Virus record (IMG/VR): IMGVR_UViG_3300018018_000001
Span: 96,001 to 160,000 of that record
Reading direction: 5' to 3' (one strand)
Origin: a virus
Length of the DNA: 64,000 nucleotides
The position numbers and the translations under genes are program-made. Under the pieces are notes generated by a model. That model did no database searches and had not been told where the DNA came from. It saw nothing but the letters and a program-made list of their open reading frames with translations. Shown here piece after piece: positions 9,702 through 20,587 of this stretch (position 1 is the first letter of the stretch; each line of letters opens with the position of its first letter).

Positions 9702-10553
9702 TTACCTGATGTATTTATTTCCTTCTTCAATCATAAGTTTGATCTCTTCACGAATCTCCTTGATTGTAAGTTCAAGAAGTTTGTTAAATACTATGTCATT
9801 TTTGATAAGAGATCTAAATGTTCTAAAGAAATTAATTTGATCATTAGCTTGACTATGAGGATTAAATAATATTTTCCAATATCCTGGTTCTCTTGAGTTA
9901 CCAAGATGGAGGCCAGAAGTTCCTAACCATAGACCCTTTGTTATAGGGATTCCAGCTTCTTCCACCATTTTAGTAAATGCCCATAAATTAGTAAATTTCT
10001 TAGTAATGGGATTATTAAATTCCTCAGGTATTCTACCAGTTTTTCTTATTTTGTCCCTATATTTGACAAGAGTGGGCCATATAGCGTTATACCACTCTTT
10101 CCTTTTGCAGAAATGAATTCCGGTCATTTTCTCAATTCCATCTATATCAGTAAAGGTGCCATTTGAATAGAAAGTATCAAATTCATTCATTCTGGCCAAA
10201 TGACTCTCCATCAAACTTGGTTTTTGTTTCATTATGAATATATCAATATCTCCATAATAAAGATATTCAAACTGATCTGTATGGTCATTTCTTACAATCC
10301 ACCGTAATATTTTAGTAAATTCACTATATATTGGATAGTCTTGAAATTCTATCTCTATCTTGTAGTTTTTATTATCAACAAGAGGGAGCATTTGATCTTT
10401 AACTACTCCACATAATGGTTGCCTTATGGCTATGTAGGTATTGATATTTGGATAAGCCTTACCAAGAAAATATAAGAAAAATGGTATATAATGCTCATAC
10501 CTTTCTGTAACTACATAGTAGATAAGACATAGTTTACTTTCATCTTCTTTCAC
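9702..10553 (-). CDS. Putative GT-A fold glycosyltransferase
   Basis: YLYYGDIDIF DxD motif; located inside the GT cluster. Confidence 0.45.
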   Translation of the reverse strand: MKEDESKLCLIYYVVTERYEHYIPFFLYFLGKAYPNINTYIAIRQPLCGVVKDQMLPLVDNKNYKIEIEFQDYPIYSEFTKILRWIVRNDHTDQFEYLYYGDIDIFIMKQKPSLMESHLARMNEFDTFYSNGTFTDIDGIEKMTGIHFCKRKEWYNAIWPTLVKYRDKIRKTGRIPEEFNNPITKKFTNLWAFTKMVEEAGIPITKGLWLGTSGLHLGNSREPGYWKILFNPHSQANDQINFFRTFRSLIKNDIVFNKLLELTIKEIREEIKLMIEEGNKYIR

Positions 10554-11101
10554 TTTTCTTTTTCCTTATAAATGAAAGTCATGGGAATCCATGAATTTGG
10601 GAATTCTTTAATCTTATCCCATCCATTGTCACAGATAATTTGATGACACCTAGGATTATTATAAATAATAAATCTTTCCTTTTTTAATCCCTTCTGTTGA
10701 TTTATTTTATGCATTACTCCTGTTACAATTTGACAGGGGAAGGGATTATACATATAAAAATAATTATATTCAGAATAATTAGGAAAGGTAATAGCATTCT
10801 GGTTATAGATTATGCACCTATTATCCCTTAAAATCCTAAAATTGTTTTCTGCTCTCTTTGCAATACATTCAGAGATTTCTATTCCTGCAATTTTCTTGAA
10901 AGAAAATCTAAGCATTATTGACATTGCACTTCCTAAGCCACATCCTATGTCAATGATGGTATCTTCCTTTGTAATTTTTAAATCCATTAGTACGTTAGCC
11001 AGGAATTCATTGCCGGACGGTGAAGAGCGATTTACAAGATTTGGATCTAATCCCACCTCTTGTGGCTCTATTACTGATTCAAAATCTACTTTTCTATTCA
11101 T
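10550..11101 (-). CDS. Class I SAM methyltransferase
   Basis: IIDIGCGLG, IAGIE, YFYMYNPF. Confidence 0.8.
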   Translation of the reverse strand: MNRKVDFESVIEPQEVGLDPNLVNRSSPSGNEFLANVLMDLKITKEDTIIDIGCGLGSAMSIMLRFSFKKIAGIEISECIAKRAENNFRILRDNRCIIYNQNAITFPNYSEYNYFYMYNPFPCQIVTGVMHKINQQKGLKKERFIIYNNPRCHQIICDNGWDKIKEFPNSWIPMTFIYKEKEK

Positions 11102-11876
11102 GTTTCAATATCATTTCTTTAGAAACTATTTTAGAATCTAAAAATAATTGATCCTTATAAATTCCATATGTTCCACTGATACTGGAATCTATAGATTTTT
11201 TCCCATTTAAACAGCAATATTTAATCCAAAGAGTTAACATATAGAGTCCTATCCGATCTTTGTTAATAACGGAAGCTAAACCCCATAAGGATTGACTAAT
11301 ACCATCATCTATCATTGAACCAATTCCAATAACATTCCCATCTACGGTTAAAGTCATCATTTTGAACCATTGTGGGGGAATTTTAGAATATGGTTGGCGA
11401 ATACCATTTATGAATTCATTTCCGTTTGAATGAGACTGTCTACGTAGTTTATCATAAATTTCCTTAAAAATAAAATCGTTAAAAATAGTTATGGATAAGC
11501 AACCATGAAGTTTCTCATCCTTTTTCTTAAAAGTTTGCCTTGTGGGAAAATGTTTATTTGGTTTTTTACTAAGAATACTCCTTCGATCTAAGAAATCCTC
11601 AAATGTTGTTAGTCTACAAAACCAAAATGGATTTTGTCCAACCTTTCTATCAGGTAATTCTATACTACTATCATTTGTAAAAATAGGTAGTGGAGACCAT
11701 TGATGAATTAGGTTAGGGGCATACAAATAAACTTTTTTGTCAATTTCTTCAAGAATCATATGGCTATAAAAATATTCTATGTTAAACGAATAGTGCCATA
11801 AGTTACAGACTGGAAAAAGTTTTTTCTGTTCTATTATTTTTTTGGATTCAGCAATAGAGACAAGTGTTTCAAGCAT
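11094..11876 (-). CDS. Hypothetical protein, possible C-terminal GNAT-like fold
   Basis: Beta-strand pattern MMTLTVDGNVIGIG...RIGLYMLTLWIKYC resembles acyltransferases; weak. Confidence 0.35.
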   Translation of the reverse strand: MLETLVSIAESKKIIEQKKLFPVCNLWHYSFNIEYFYSHMILEEIDKKVYLYAPNLIHQWSPLPIFTNDSSIELPDRKVGQNPFWFCRLTTFEDFLDRRSILSKKPNKHFPTRQTFKKKDEKLHGCLSITIFNDFIFKEIYDKLRRQSHSNGNEFINGIRQPYSKIPPQWFKMMTLTVDGNVIGIGSMIDDGISQSLWGLASVINKDRIGLYMLTLWIKYCCLNGKKSIDSSISGTYGIYKDQLFLDSKIVSKEMILKHE

Positions 11877-12385
11877 TTTTCTAAATCCTCTCTTTTATAC
11901 CATTTATCAAATCTCCAGCTATGAAGGTATGCTATTTCATCCCTTAATGTATCATTTCCCATCATAACTATCTCAAGATTAGTCGTTTCCCCTGAAATTT
12001 TTAGTCCCTCAATAGTTTCAGGATAATTGCCTTCATTGAATGGGATAACGAAATAATCTGGTCTTAGACCCCAATAGCTTAGAAGTTCTTTCCCTCTTGT
12101 TATCTCTTCTTTTGAAGGAACATGGGTATGGTACAATCCATGTAAGCCTATAATGTCAGCCCTGGTTGTGAGGTAATCATAAACTCTTTCATTGTCTCTA
12201 AAGACATGAATACCAGAAATTCTTTTGATTTCATCATTATCCATTTTTACGTTTATCGGAATGACAGATCCTATTGGGGTAATTGCTTGGATAATTTTGA
12301 ATCCGTACCCATCGCAAAGTTCACAAAACCATTTGATATTATCTAAATTAGCATCGTAGGCTACATCGTCATTTCTTATGAGCAT
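11834..12385 (-). CDS. Polysaccharide deacetylase-like (NodB/CE4 fold)
   Basis: IRNDDV catalytic motif, IGLHGLYH metal-binding motif, YFVIPFNE. Confidence 0.7.
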   Translation of the reverse strand: MLIRNDDVAYDANLDNIKWFCELCDGYGFKIIQAITPIGSVIPINVKMDNDEIKRISGIHVFRDNERVYDYLTTRADIIGLHGLYHTHVPSKEEITRGKELLSYWGLRPDYFVIPFNEGNYPETIEGLKISGETTNLEIVMMGNDTLRDEIAYLHSWRFDKWYKREDLEKCLKHLSLLLNPKK

Positions 12386-12843
12386 ATCACTCTCCAGTCT
12401 CTTTCAGGGACATGACTTACATGTTCTTTAGTGAAGTTAAGATTCTTGAATCCACAGACTAACAACAAGTTTTTAAGTTCTTCTTTTTCATAAACATAAT
12501 GATGGGTTACACAATGGGGTATTGCCTTGTCCTGATTTCCATATATTCCCCACATCCCATAAATATTTCCCTTAAGGTATAAGTTTATTGCAGCCGTTAA
12601 TTCTGTAAATTCTATAATCAGTTTTCCTCCCGGCATTAGAGCCCTTCTCCAATCTTTAAGGATAGCAGGAAATTCCCATTTGTAAAAAGATTCAATGACA
12701 TGAATGGCTACTATTTCTTCAACTGATCCATCTGGGTAAGGTAAGGTATTATATAAATCAAACTTAACATCAGCACCCTCACAAAGATCCAAGTTTAAAA
12801 ATCCAGAAATTTTTAAGCTTCCTCCACCCAAATTCAGTTTCAT
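12376..12843 (-). CDS. SAM-dependent methyltransferase (type 11-like)
   Basis: KLNLGGG, EEIVAIHVIE, LMPGGKL. Confidence 0.8.
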   Translation of the reverse strand: MKLNLGGGSLKISGFLNLDLCEGADVKFDLYNTLPYPDGSVEEIVAIHVIESFYKWEFPAILKDWRRALMPGGKLIIEFTELTAAINLYLKGNIYGMWGIYGNQDKAIPHCVTHHYVYEKEELKNLLLVCGFKNLNFTKEHVSHVPERDWRVICS

Positions 12844-12844
12844 G

Positions 12845-14233
12845 CTATTTCCTTTCCGCTTTGGCTATCAAGACTTTATAATTTTCATCGTTAGTATGTT
12901 CCCATTTGGTAATGTTGCAATTCTTGGATAACAATTTCTCTATTTCTTTTTCCTGAATTTGGAAATCATGGCCTAAATTTAACTGTTCTATAGTCCTTAA
13001 GTGAACCCAGATACATAATGATCCCCCAGGCTTGAGCATGGATACCATGTTATTTACCGCTTTCTCTACAAGATTCACGTTAAATTGAGTGCTATGATCT
13101 AATGCATTTATTGAAAAAATATAATCGCATGGTGGGACCGAATCAAGAGGTACATCCTCTATGGACATGGGTATTTTTTGTACTTCTTTTTTAAGTTTCA
13201 ATAAATTGTCTTTTTCATAATAGTCAAACATTGGATCTACTGCAATGGATTCTAGGAAAGAAGAGTTTAGGCAAGTTATTCCCCCAAATGGACCTGATCC
13301 GGCATCTAATATTACTTTTCCACTTAAATCTTCAGGAGTAAGTCCAAAACTGTTTAATAATTTAGTGTAGAGTTTAATGGGATCTAAGTATTGACCTGTT
13401 TTTAGCCAGTAATACATTTCATATCTTGTTTTGTCATTTATTATTTCACTCATCATATCCTCATACAGTTTTTTGAATTGTAAACAGACGTTCTTCCAGG
13501 AATACTCTTTTACTTGAGGGTATGTATAAAATTTTCCAATTCCTTTCTTAATCCCCTCTAAGGATCTCTCACATTTATGAATATTGTGTAAACTTGGGAC
13601 TCCAACATCAGTAGTAAGAACTGGCTTATTCATAGCTAAACATTCCATTACTGGATTGGCAAATCCTTCCTGATATGAAGCGCATACATACAAATCTATT
13701 GATTTATAATAATCAGGCATTTTATCAGGGGGTATGCCCCATGCTGGCTTGAATCTAGCTCCTAACTCATCACAAGCCTTTTTTATCAGATTGAAACCTT
13801 TATAATCGTCTTGAACCCCTGCAAAGCCCACAGTAAATTCATGTTGGGGGATATATTGGTCAAAAATACCATCAGGAATGTAAACGGAATTGGGAATCTT
13901 GGCAAGAAGTTCAGGATGAAGCACGTGAACCCTCTTAACCCTTGTTGACCATACAGGAAATAACTCTGGTGGGTATCGGAATGACCTGATTGACATTAAT
14001 GTTTTGTATCCTAATTCCTTTAAACCCTCTGGAAAAAAGACAACACCCCAATTCTGAAAATGAATTAAATCATGTTGAAATCCCAAGTCCAGAAATTCCT
14101 CTTTACTAATACTTAGAGGGGTATTATGAAGATAGCATTTTTTTGTAAACTCAAATGGAATGCCTTCAATCATTCTATCAGTTATCCTGCCTATAATCCA
14201 ACCGGGTTCATCAGCAAGAATGAGTATCTTCAT
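12845..14233 (-). CDS. GT4 glycosyltransferase fused to a C-terminal class I methyltransferase
   Basis: EGFANPVMECLAMNKPVLTTDVG; C-terminal VILDAGSGPFGG, INALDH, LKPGG. Confidence 0.85.
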   Translation of the reverse strand: MKILILADEPGWIIGRITDRMIEGIPFEFTKKCYLHNTPLSISKEEFLDLGFQHDLIHFQNWGVVFFPEGLKELGYKTLMSIRSFRYPPELFPVWSTRVKRVHVLHPELLAKIPNSVYIPDGIFDQYIPQHEFTVGFAGVQDDYKGFNLIKKACDELGARFKPAWGIPPDKMPDYYKSIDLYVCASYQEGFANPVMECLAMNKPVLTTDVGVPSLHNIHKCERSLEGIKKGIGKFYTYPQVKEYSWKNVCLQFKKLYEDMMSEIINDKTRYEMYYWLKTGQYLDPIKLYTKLLNSFGLTPEDLSGKVILDAGSGPFGGITCLNSSFLESIAVDPMFDYYEKDNLLKLKKEVQKIPMSIEDVPLDSVPPCDYIFSINALDHSTQFNVNLVEKAVNNMVSMLKPGGSLCIWVHLRTIEQLNLGHDFQIQEKEIEKLLSKNCNITKWEHTNDENYKVLIAKAERK

Positions 14234-15030
14234 TTTGTTCCTTTTACTAACTCTTCATATAATTTTTTGAATTGCAAGCAAATATTTTCCCAAGTATATC
14301 CCCTAACCTGAGGATATGTACAGAATTTTTCAATTCCATTTTTAATTGACTCTATAGATCTCTCACAAGTATGAACATTAAGGAGTCTAGGTATGCCAAC
14401 ATTAGTGGTTAAAACAGGTTTGTTCATGGATAAACATTCCATCACAGGGGTTGACATTCCCTCCGCTATTGAGGCACAGACATAAAGATCTATTGAGTTA
14501 TAGTAAGCTAACATATCCTTGGGTTGAATACCCCAAGCTGGTTTGAATTTTACCCCTAATTCGATACAAGCTTGCTTTATTAAAGGGAACCCTTTATAAT
14601 CTCCCTGGACCCCTGCAAAGCCCACAGTAAATTCATGGTCTGGTCTGAACTGTTCAGAAATACCGTTTGGAATGTAAACAGAATTAGGAATTAGTTTAAT
14701 AAGATCCGGGTGAATTACATGGATTTTCTTAACAATTATTGACCATTTGGGAAACATATCTTGTGGATATCTGAATGATCTTACTGATAGTAATGTTTTA
14801 TGTCCTAATTTTTTTAAACCTTCTTCATGATAAAAAACGCCCCAATTTTGGAAATGGATTAGATCATTCTGTGATCCCAAATCCATGAATTCTTCATGGC
14901 TAATACTGTAGCAAGAATTTCCAAGATGGTATCTTTTTGTAAATTCAAATGATGGGATACCAGCAATTATTTTGTCGGTTACTCTATTTATAATCCAATT
15001 GGGTTCATCGGCAAGGATAAATATTTTCAT
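14230..15030 (-). CDS. GT4 glycosyltransferase, paralog of the N-terminal half of 12845-14233
   Basis: EGMSTPVMECLSMNKPVLTTNVG; near-colinear similarity to the neighbouring gene. Confidence 0.85.
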   Translation of the reverse strand: MKIFILADEPNWIINRVTDKIIAGIPSFEFTKRYHLGNSCYSISHEEFMDLGSQNDLIHFQNWGVFYHEEGLKKLGHKTLLSVRSFRYPQDMFPKWSIIVKKIHVIHPDLIKLIPNSVYIPNGISEQFRPDHEFTVGFAGVQGDYKGFPLIKQACIELGVKFKPAWGIQPKDMLAYYNSIDLYVCASIAEGMSTPVMECLSMNKPVLTTNVGIPRLLNVHTCERSIESIKNGIEKFCTYPQVRGYTWENICLQFKKLYEELVKGTK

Positions 15031-17610
15031 TATATTATTTCTCTCATTTTAAAAATTTGTTCACGTATAAATTTATCAAGAGTTTCATTAATTTCTATTA
15101 AATCTCCTATACTAAAGTATCCAAGATTTATGGTATGCCTCTTAGGATGTTCGGGGGTTGGTTCCACTGGCCCTGTCATTTCAACAACTTGTAAATCATG
15201 AATATCTGGTAGAATATGTTCTGATTCAAGAGTTATTGAAAGAAGGTCAGGGGTCAACTCATTAATCCAAGCCCGTTTTAGATTGTCCATACTATTCCTC
15301 TTTTAATGATTCTAATCTAACATAAGGATGTTCATTTCCTTTCTCCATAGAGTCACAATTTGCTTCAGGTGTTACAATTGGTGGGCAGAAGGTTTCTATC
15401 CGTTTGCTGTCGTTCTTTATTCTTTCCCAAGTGGATGAAATTTCTTCCAATATACCTTTCCCTATCTTTACATTTGGATTACTAAAATTATTATCTTCAA
15501 TTAGAATCTTTTTTACTTTAGCCATCAATTGATTCATATATCCAAATCTTTTTTCTAATTTATGTTTACTCATTTTATTCTTCTTTTTCCTCCTTATTCT
15601 TTTTTTCTCCATCATGTAATTCTCTATGACAGTTAGAACAAAGAGGAGTAGTCTTTTTTAATTCTTCAATTCTTTCCGGTGTTATTATTGTATTCAATAA
15701 GTTACCAATATTAAACTTTTTTTCTTTTGGATCAGAATGATGAAAGTCAATAGCAGCAAAACATCTGTTATATCTACATTTAGAACATTTATCCATTCCC
15801 AATTCATGAATTAAAATCATCCATTTTTCTCTTTTAATTTTTTCTCTTAATTTTAATTCTTTTCTATGATTTTGATAATAACTTTTCATATAAGTCTTAT
15901 CCTTAGGGTGTAATTTTTCATATTTTTTATTACATTCTCTTATTTCTTTTTTGTGCTCTTTACGATATTTTTCTATGTAAATTTTCTCTTCCCTTGAATT
16001 CAATTTATGATATTTTTTATTTAAAATACTTTTTTCTTTTAAATGAAATTTACGGTATTCTTTATTGTAATCTTTAATCTTTCTTTTATTTAATTGATAA
16101 TATTTTTGATTATAGATCCTTATTTCTTCTTTAGTCACCTCAGTTATTAGCCTCCCCCCACAAGTTAATTGTCTTTGTTGGTTCATCAAATATTAAATCC
16201 GCTCTATCTCTCATAACCCCTTCGCAGAATAGACATATCCTTTTCTTAACTCCACCTTTAACAAAAGTCCAGGTTGAAGGTACACCCTCTTTTTCACAAT
16301 GCCCACAAATTATAATTTCAATTTTGCTGAGGTCAGCTAATTCCACATTCATTCCCTTTTCCAAAATTAAGACAGGGATTTGAGGATACCCCGCAGCTTT
16401 CAGGAAATTTTTGAATCCTCTGGTCATGGCTTCATAGAGTTGCTTGTCAACAAATTGGTCTACTCTAACAATAAAGATTTCCCCTGGCTTTAATTCCAGT
16501 TTGGCAACATCAAAATTTCCGGTGAAATTTAGGTTAGCATCCATTATTTTTTCTCCTCTGGAATATTTTCAATGAAAAAGTCAATTAACCAGTCCTTGGG
16601 GTTCCCTTCTTGTTTTCCTACAACAACAGCGATAGCCCCAGATTTATCCCCATTCTCTCCAAACAGCCCATTAAGTAAGCCGATTGGACCCAAGGATGGA
16701 TTAGGATCTCCTTCATATTGGGAATATGCATGGACCTGGACCGTGGGGTGGTTGACAATTTCATCATTTATTGATGTTCTGGTTAGACAAAATTTACTTA
16801 TTCCCTTCCTATCCAGCCTGAGGATTTCATTAAGAATATCGACAGTCTCTTTCAGGGTTATAGTTTTTTTCATAGCTACCTCTTACTTCTGGTTGATGTA
16901 GCTATTAACAAGAAACAGGATTTCTTGATCCTCACTTCTGAAATTGGTCTTGGCCGATGCCACTATGGTTTTCATTAAATCCTCATGGCCAGTGAAGTCC
17001 AATTCTATCTTTTTGTTAACATTCTCTACTGGCTTGACTCCCTTATCCCTTGCCCTCTTGTTCTTACTTCTGGTTATAACCATCTTGGCAATCCTTTCAT
17101 TAATACAATCTTGGCAAACAAGACGGTTGGGATTAGACTTGGATGGGATAAGAAAAACATTGTGTACTTCACACTTTTTTGGATCTTCTACTTTGTCACT
17201 CATGGTTTTCTCCTTTTAATATTGAGTCATTTTATCAGCAAGATATTTAGGTATTCTTACTTTGACAGGTTCAATGCTAGAAAACATACGCTGTTTTCTT
17301 GCTCTTTCCCTTGTTAGAAAAAAAGCAGGGTACATTTCATTTCCCGCTAAAAAAACCTTCTTAGCAGAAAAGGAAATATCAAATCCGACCCATCTTGTAA
17401 CCATTTTAACTCTCATCTTTTCCTCCCTTTCTTCTTGAAATCTAATTTGAGTTCTATATCCTCTCTCTCCAGTGATTTTAATAATTTGTCCATAAATTCA
17501 TCGGTGTTTCCGTACAGATTTCCGCTAACCCCCTTAATGGCATGGTCTGTTTTTAATTCCGAAAATAATTTATCAGAAAGGATAAGCTTAATTTCTCTCA
17601 TAATGGACAA
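15030..17610 (-). other. Run of small hypothetical proteins (15030-15290, 15292-15615, 16140-16544, 16544-16873, 16883-17203, 17216-17416, 17413-17610)
   Basis: Abutting or overlapping co-oriented ORFs; no recognised family. Confidence 0.6.
15575..16189 (-). CDS. HNH endonuclease (true start probably GTG 16138)
   Basis: CSKC...IDFHH...CSNCHRELH preceded by a basic helical repeat region. Confidence 0.75.
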   Translation of the reverse strand: MMNQQRQLTCGGRLITEVTKEEIRIYNQKYYQLNKRKIKDYNKEYRKFHLKEKSILNKKYHKLNSREEKIYIEKYRKEHKKEIRECNKKYEKLHPKDKTYMKSYYQNHRKELKLREKIKREKWMILIHELGMDKCSKCRYNRCFAAIDFHHSDPKEKKFNIGNLLNTIITPERIEELKKTTPLCSNCHRELHDGEKKNKEEKEE

Positions 17611-20063
17611 TACTCATCATCACATTTGGTTCTGGTTGTAGCAACCCAAGCACCTTCAATAGATCCATCCCGAAAGACAGTAACCCCCTTAACCCCCATT
17701 TTCCAGGCTTTGACAAATATCTGTTTTATATCATCCGCTCCGATATCATTAGGGACGTTTACAGTCTTGCTCACTCCTGAATCTATGAATGATTGAAATT
17801 TGGCCTGTACTTTTAAATGCCATTCAGGGGTAATTTCATGGGCAGTCCTGCAGAATTCGGATTTGTAAATATCCCTTTTCTCTTCTATAATTCTGTCTAC
17901 CAAATGCCTCTCAAATGATTCTGCGAATATTGGTTCAATGGAAGCGGAACAATCGGCCATGATTGACAAAGATCCGGTAGGGGCGATTGACCTTTTGGTA
18001 AATGAGTCCGGGGCCACCTCTTCAGAGGCTTTGACATAGGGTTTGGATAATTTATCTATGAAATCCAGGCATTCTTGAGAGTCATATTTTATTCCAAGCA
18101 TTATCAAAGCATCGGCAAATCCCATGATTCCTATACCAATACTATTCAAATCTCTCATTAACTTGGTTATCTGAGGTAAGGGATACCAATTGATTGTGTT
18201 GATATTTAATAAAGCCCTTCCTGCTAATTTTACAGTATCATAAAATTTTTCAAAGTTAAAATTGGTTCCCTCTACAAATTTACTTACATTTATACTTCCC
18301 AAACAGCAAGCCCCAAATTCAGGGAGGGGCTGTTCTCCACAGGGATTTGTACAAGTGATTTTGGTTTCAGGAAATAGTTTGTTATCCTTATTTATTCGGT
18401 CATAGAAAAGGACTCCAGGATCTCCTGATACCCAGGCCCCTAAAGTTATCAGGTCTAGGATATCTCTTGCCCTAACCGATTTATAAACAACATCTTCATG
18501 AACCAAATCCACCTTTCCATTACTGGTAGTAGCCTTTTCCATAAATTCATCTGTTACCATGACTGAAAGGTTAAAGTTTGTCAACTTTCCGCTTAGCTTG
18601 GCTCTGCAGAAATCTAATATTTCTGGGTGATTATGATTAAGAGCACCCAGGCAATTTCCAGTGATTGATACATGACCTTCACTTAGATTAACCCAAAATC
18701 CATTTTCTACTGTTGGGCACCAAACAGTACCTTTATAGTATCCCTTAGTTTCATTTTTTAAATCACAAAAATGTCTTTTGAAATTAATTAAAACATCCCA
18801 CCATATATATTTATCCCTTGTACTTTTTTTATAGGAGCATCTAAATCCAAGAAGTGTTGAAAGCATTAAAAATCTTTCAGCCATACATTCATTAGCTGTT
18901 GTAAATTTTCCCCATGTTTTTGTTCTACTACCATCACCTTTCATTAAGGTGTCAAATAATATTGTTAATTGCCTCATAGAGAACTTATTAAAAACCCAGA
19001 TTGGTATTATCTTATGATTTTCTTCAAGTTCAAATATATTCCTAGTTTCATAAGCAGGAACATACCAGGATCTTTCTCCTCTCTCAAAGTAATGCTTATT
19101 ATTCTCTGGATATTTGGTATATTTCCACCCTAAATCGTCCCAAAGTTTATCTATTTCTTCACAATTTGATTTGTTAGCTCTTTCACTTTGGGATATATTA
19201 AATCCGTTAAAGTTCAAGTTTTTGGGGTCTTTTCTGCTTCCTTCAGCAATTATCCAAGCCATAACTTTAATTAAATTGTCAGTAATTCCTATATAATCTT
19301 CTCTATTAAGTTGAGTTTCAAAGGAAAGAGGGATATATTTATCCTCTTTTGGTAAATCTTCAGCAGGGGCTATGTTATAATATTTCTCAATCATTGAAGC
19401 CTTAAAAATAACTCTATGATCAGGAGTAACAGATAAGTCTAAGAATTTACTATTTAGAGTGATTATCTCTCCATTATAATCAAAGATGTTCATTTTTAGA
19501 ATTGGTTGAAATTCACATATTTGTTTTTCTGGATTAAAAGTTAATATTCTATCTCCAATTTTTAAATTAGAATATAATTTCCACCCTTCTTCAGTCAGAG
19601 CTTTTACGTCAGAAGTGCAGCAAGCCCCACGGCGGAACCCACCCTGCTTAACGGTATTGATAATGGCATCGAACACACTCATGAAACTTAAAGCCCCACT
19701 GGATGATCCCCCTGAGGATAGTGGGGCATTTTTGGGACGCAAAGCGGAAAAATTGATTCCACATCCCCCACCTCTTTGAAATATTGAGGCCATATTCTTT
19801 GCACATTCGAAGATACTTACTACGCTATCCTCAAGAGGAAGGACGAAACACGCTGAAAGACTACCTTTCTTTGAACCTGCATTTCTTATGGCCGGAGAAT
19901 TAGGAAGAAATATTCCATTGACCATTGCATCATATAATTCTTTTTCAAATTTTTCATCTCTGATTGAGATGTGTTTAGCAACTCTTTTTAGGACACCATC
20001 AGCAGTTTCTTTTTTATGGGCATAACGTGTAACTAAAAGATCCTCAGCAGCTTTTGATAACAT
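17598..20063 (-). CDS. nrdJ: Class II (B12-dependent) ribonucleotide reductase with an intein
   Basis: PNSP, SACFVL, GGGCG, QGGFRRGA, TNPCGEQPL, CCLGSIN, IAPTGS, KGVTVFRDGS (no class I YY motif); C-terminal CDDEYC. Confidence 0.92.
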   Translation of the reverse strand: MLSKAAEDLLVTRYAHKKETADGVLKRVAKHISIRDEKFEKELYDAMVNGIFLPNSPAIRNAGSKKGSLSACFVLPLEDSVVSIFECAKNMASIFQRGGGCGINFSALRPKNAPLSSGGSSSGALSFMSVFDAIINTVKQGGFRRGACCTSDVKALTEEGWKLYSNLKIGDRILTFNPEKQICEFQPILKMNIFDYNGEIITLNSKFLDLSVTPDHRVIFKASMIEKYYNIAPAEDLPKEDKYIPLSFETQLNREDYIGITDNLIKVMAWIIAEGSRKDPKNLNFNGFNISQSERANKSNCEEIDKLWDDLGWKYTKYPENNKHYFERGERSWYVPAYETRNIFELEENHKIIPIWVFNKFSMRQLTILFDTLMKGDGSRTKTWGKFTTANECMAERFLMLSTLLGFRCSYKKSTRDKYIWWDVLINFKRHFCDLKNETKGYYKGTVWCPTVENGFWVNLSEGHVSITGNCLGALNHNHPEILDFCRAKLSGKLTNFNLSVMVTDEFMEKATTSNGKVDLVHEDVVYKSVRARDILDLITLGAWVSGDPGVLFYDRINKDNKLFPETKITCTNPCGEQPLPEFGACCLGSINVSKFVEGTNFNFEKFYDTVKLAGRALLNINTINWYPLPQITKLMRDLNSIGIGIMGFADALIMLGIKYDSQECLDFIDKLSKPYVKASEEVAPDSFTKRSIAPTGSLSIMADCSASIEPIFAESFERHLVDRIIEEKRDIYKSEFCRTAHEITPEWHLKVQAKFQSFIDSGVSKTVNVPNDIGADDIKQIFVKAWKMGVKGVTVFRDGSIEGAWVATTRTKCDDEYCPL
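18654..19622 (-). mobile_element. Intein with LAGLIDADG endonuclease (323 aa) in NrdJ
   Basis: RRGA|CCTSDVKALTEEGW ... VWCPTVENGFW...ITGN|CLG; helices MAWIIAEGS and FDTLMKGDGS. Confidence 0.9.
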
Positions 20064-20509
20064 CTATTTTTATACCTCTTTCTTTTTTTAATTGTTCAAA
20101 ATATTTTTCGTCAATATCATATTCACCATTATCCTTTCGGATAATTGGTATTAAATGACCATTATGGCATCGAACTTCGTAACCCCGCTTATCAGAATAG
20201 GCATTTGAATCAGTAAGCATGGGTTCACAGAATAACATTCCCCCACAATTATCCCATGGACATTTTTTATTCTTCAACAGCTTTATCAGGCTGGGGGAGC
20301 TACAAATCGGTTTTCTTTTTGTTTTCAAAGTCTTCCTCTAAAATAAGCTTGTCAACAGCTTCCCATACCGTGGTTCCATTTTCCAAAAGTAAACTGACAT
20401 ATTGTTCGTTGTCAGACATCATTCCAATCGTAGCTTTAAATTTGGGGCCAAAATCTTTCCTCAGTATGAGGATATGACCCGCTAAGGAAGAAAAGTCTCT
20501 TTTTGGCAT
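20044..20509 (-). other. Two hypothetical proteins (20044-20328, Cys-containing; 20300-20509)
   Basis: First genes of the leftward operon. Confidence 0.55.
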
Positions 20510-20528
20510 ATTTTTTCTCCTGTTACTC

Positions 20529-20562
20529 TATAATAACACCAAAGTGCCTTTACTATTACACC
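20529..20562 (-). promoter_or_regulatory. Class II phage promoter-like motif, copy 1
   Basis: GGTGTAATAGTAAAGGCACTTTGGTGTTATTATA on the minus strand; identical to 37851-37884; heads the leftward operon. Confidence 0.8.
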
Positions 20563-20587
20563 CTTTTTTAAAAAAAGTAAAAATAGC

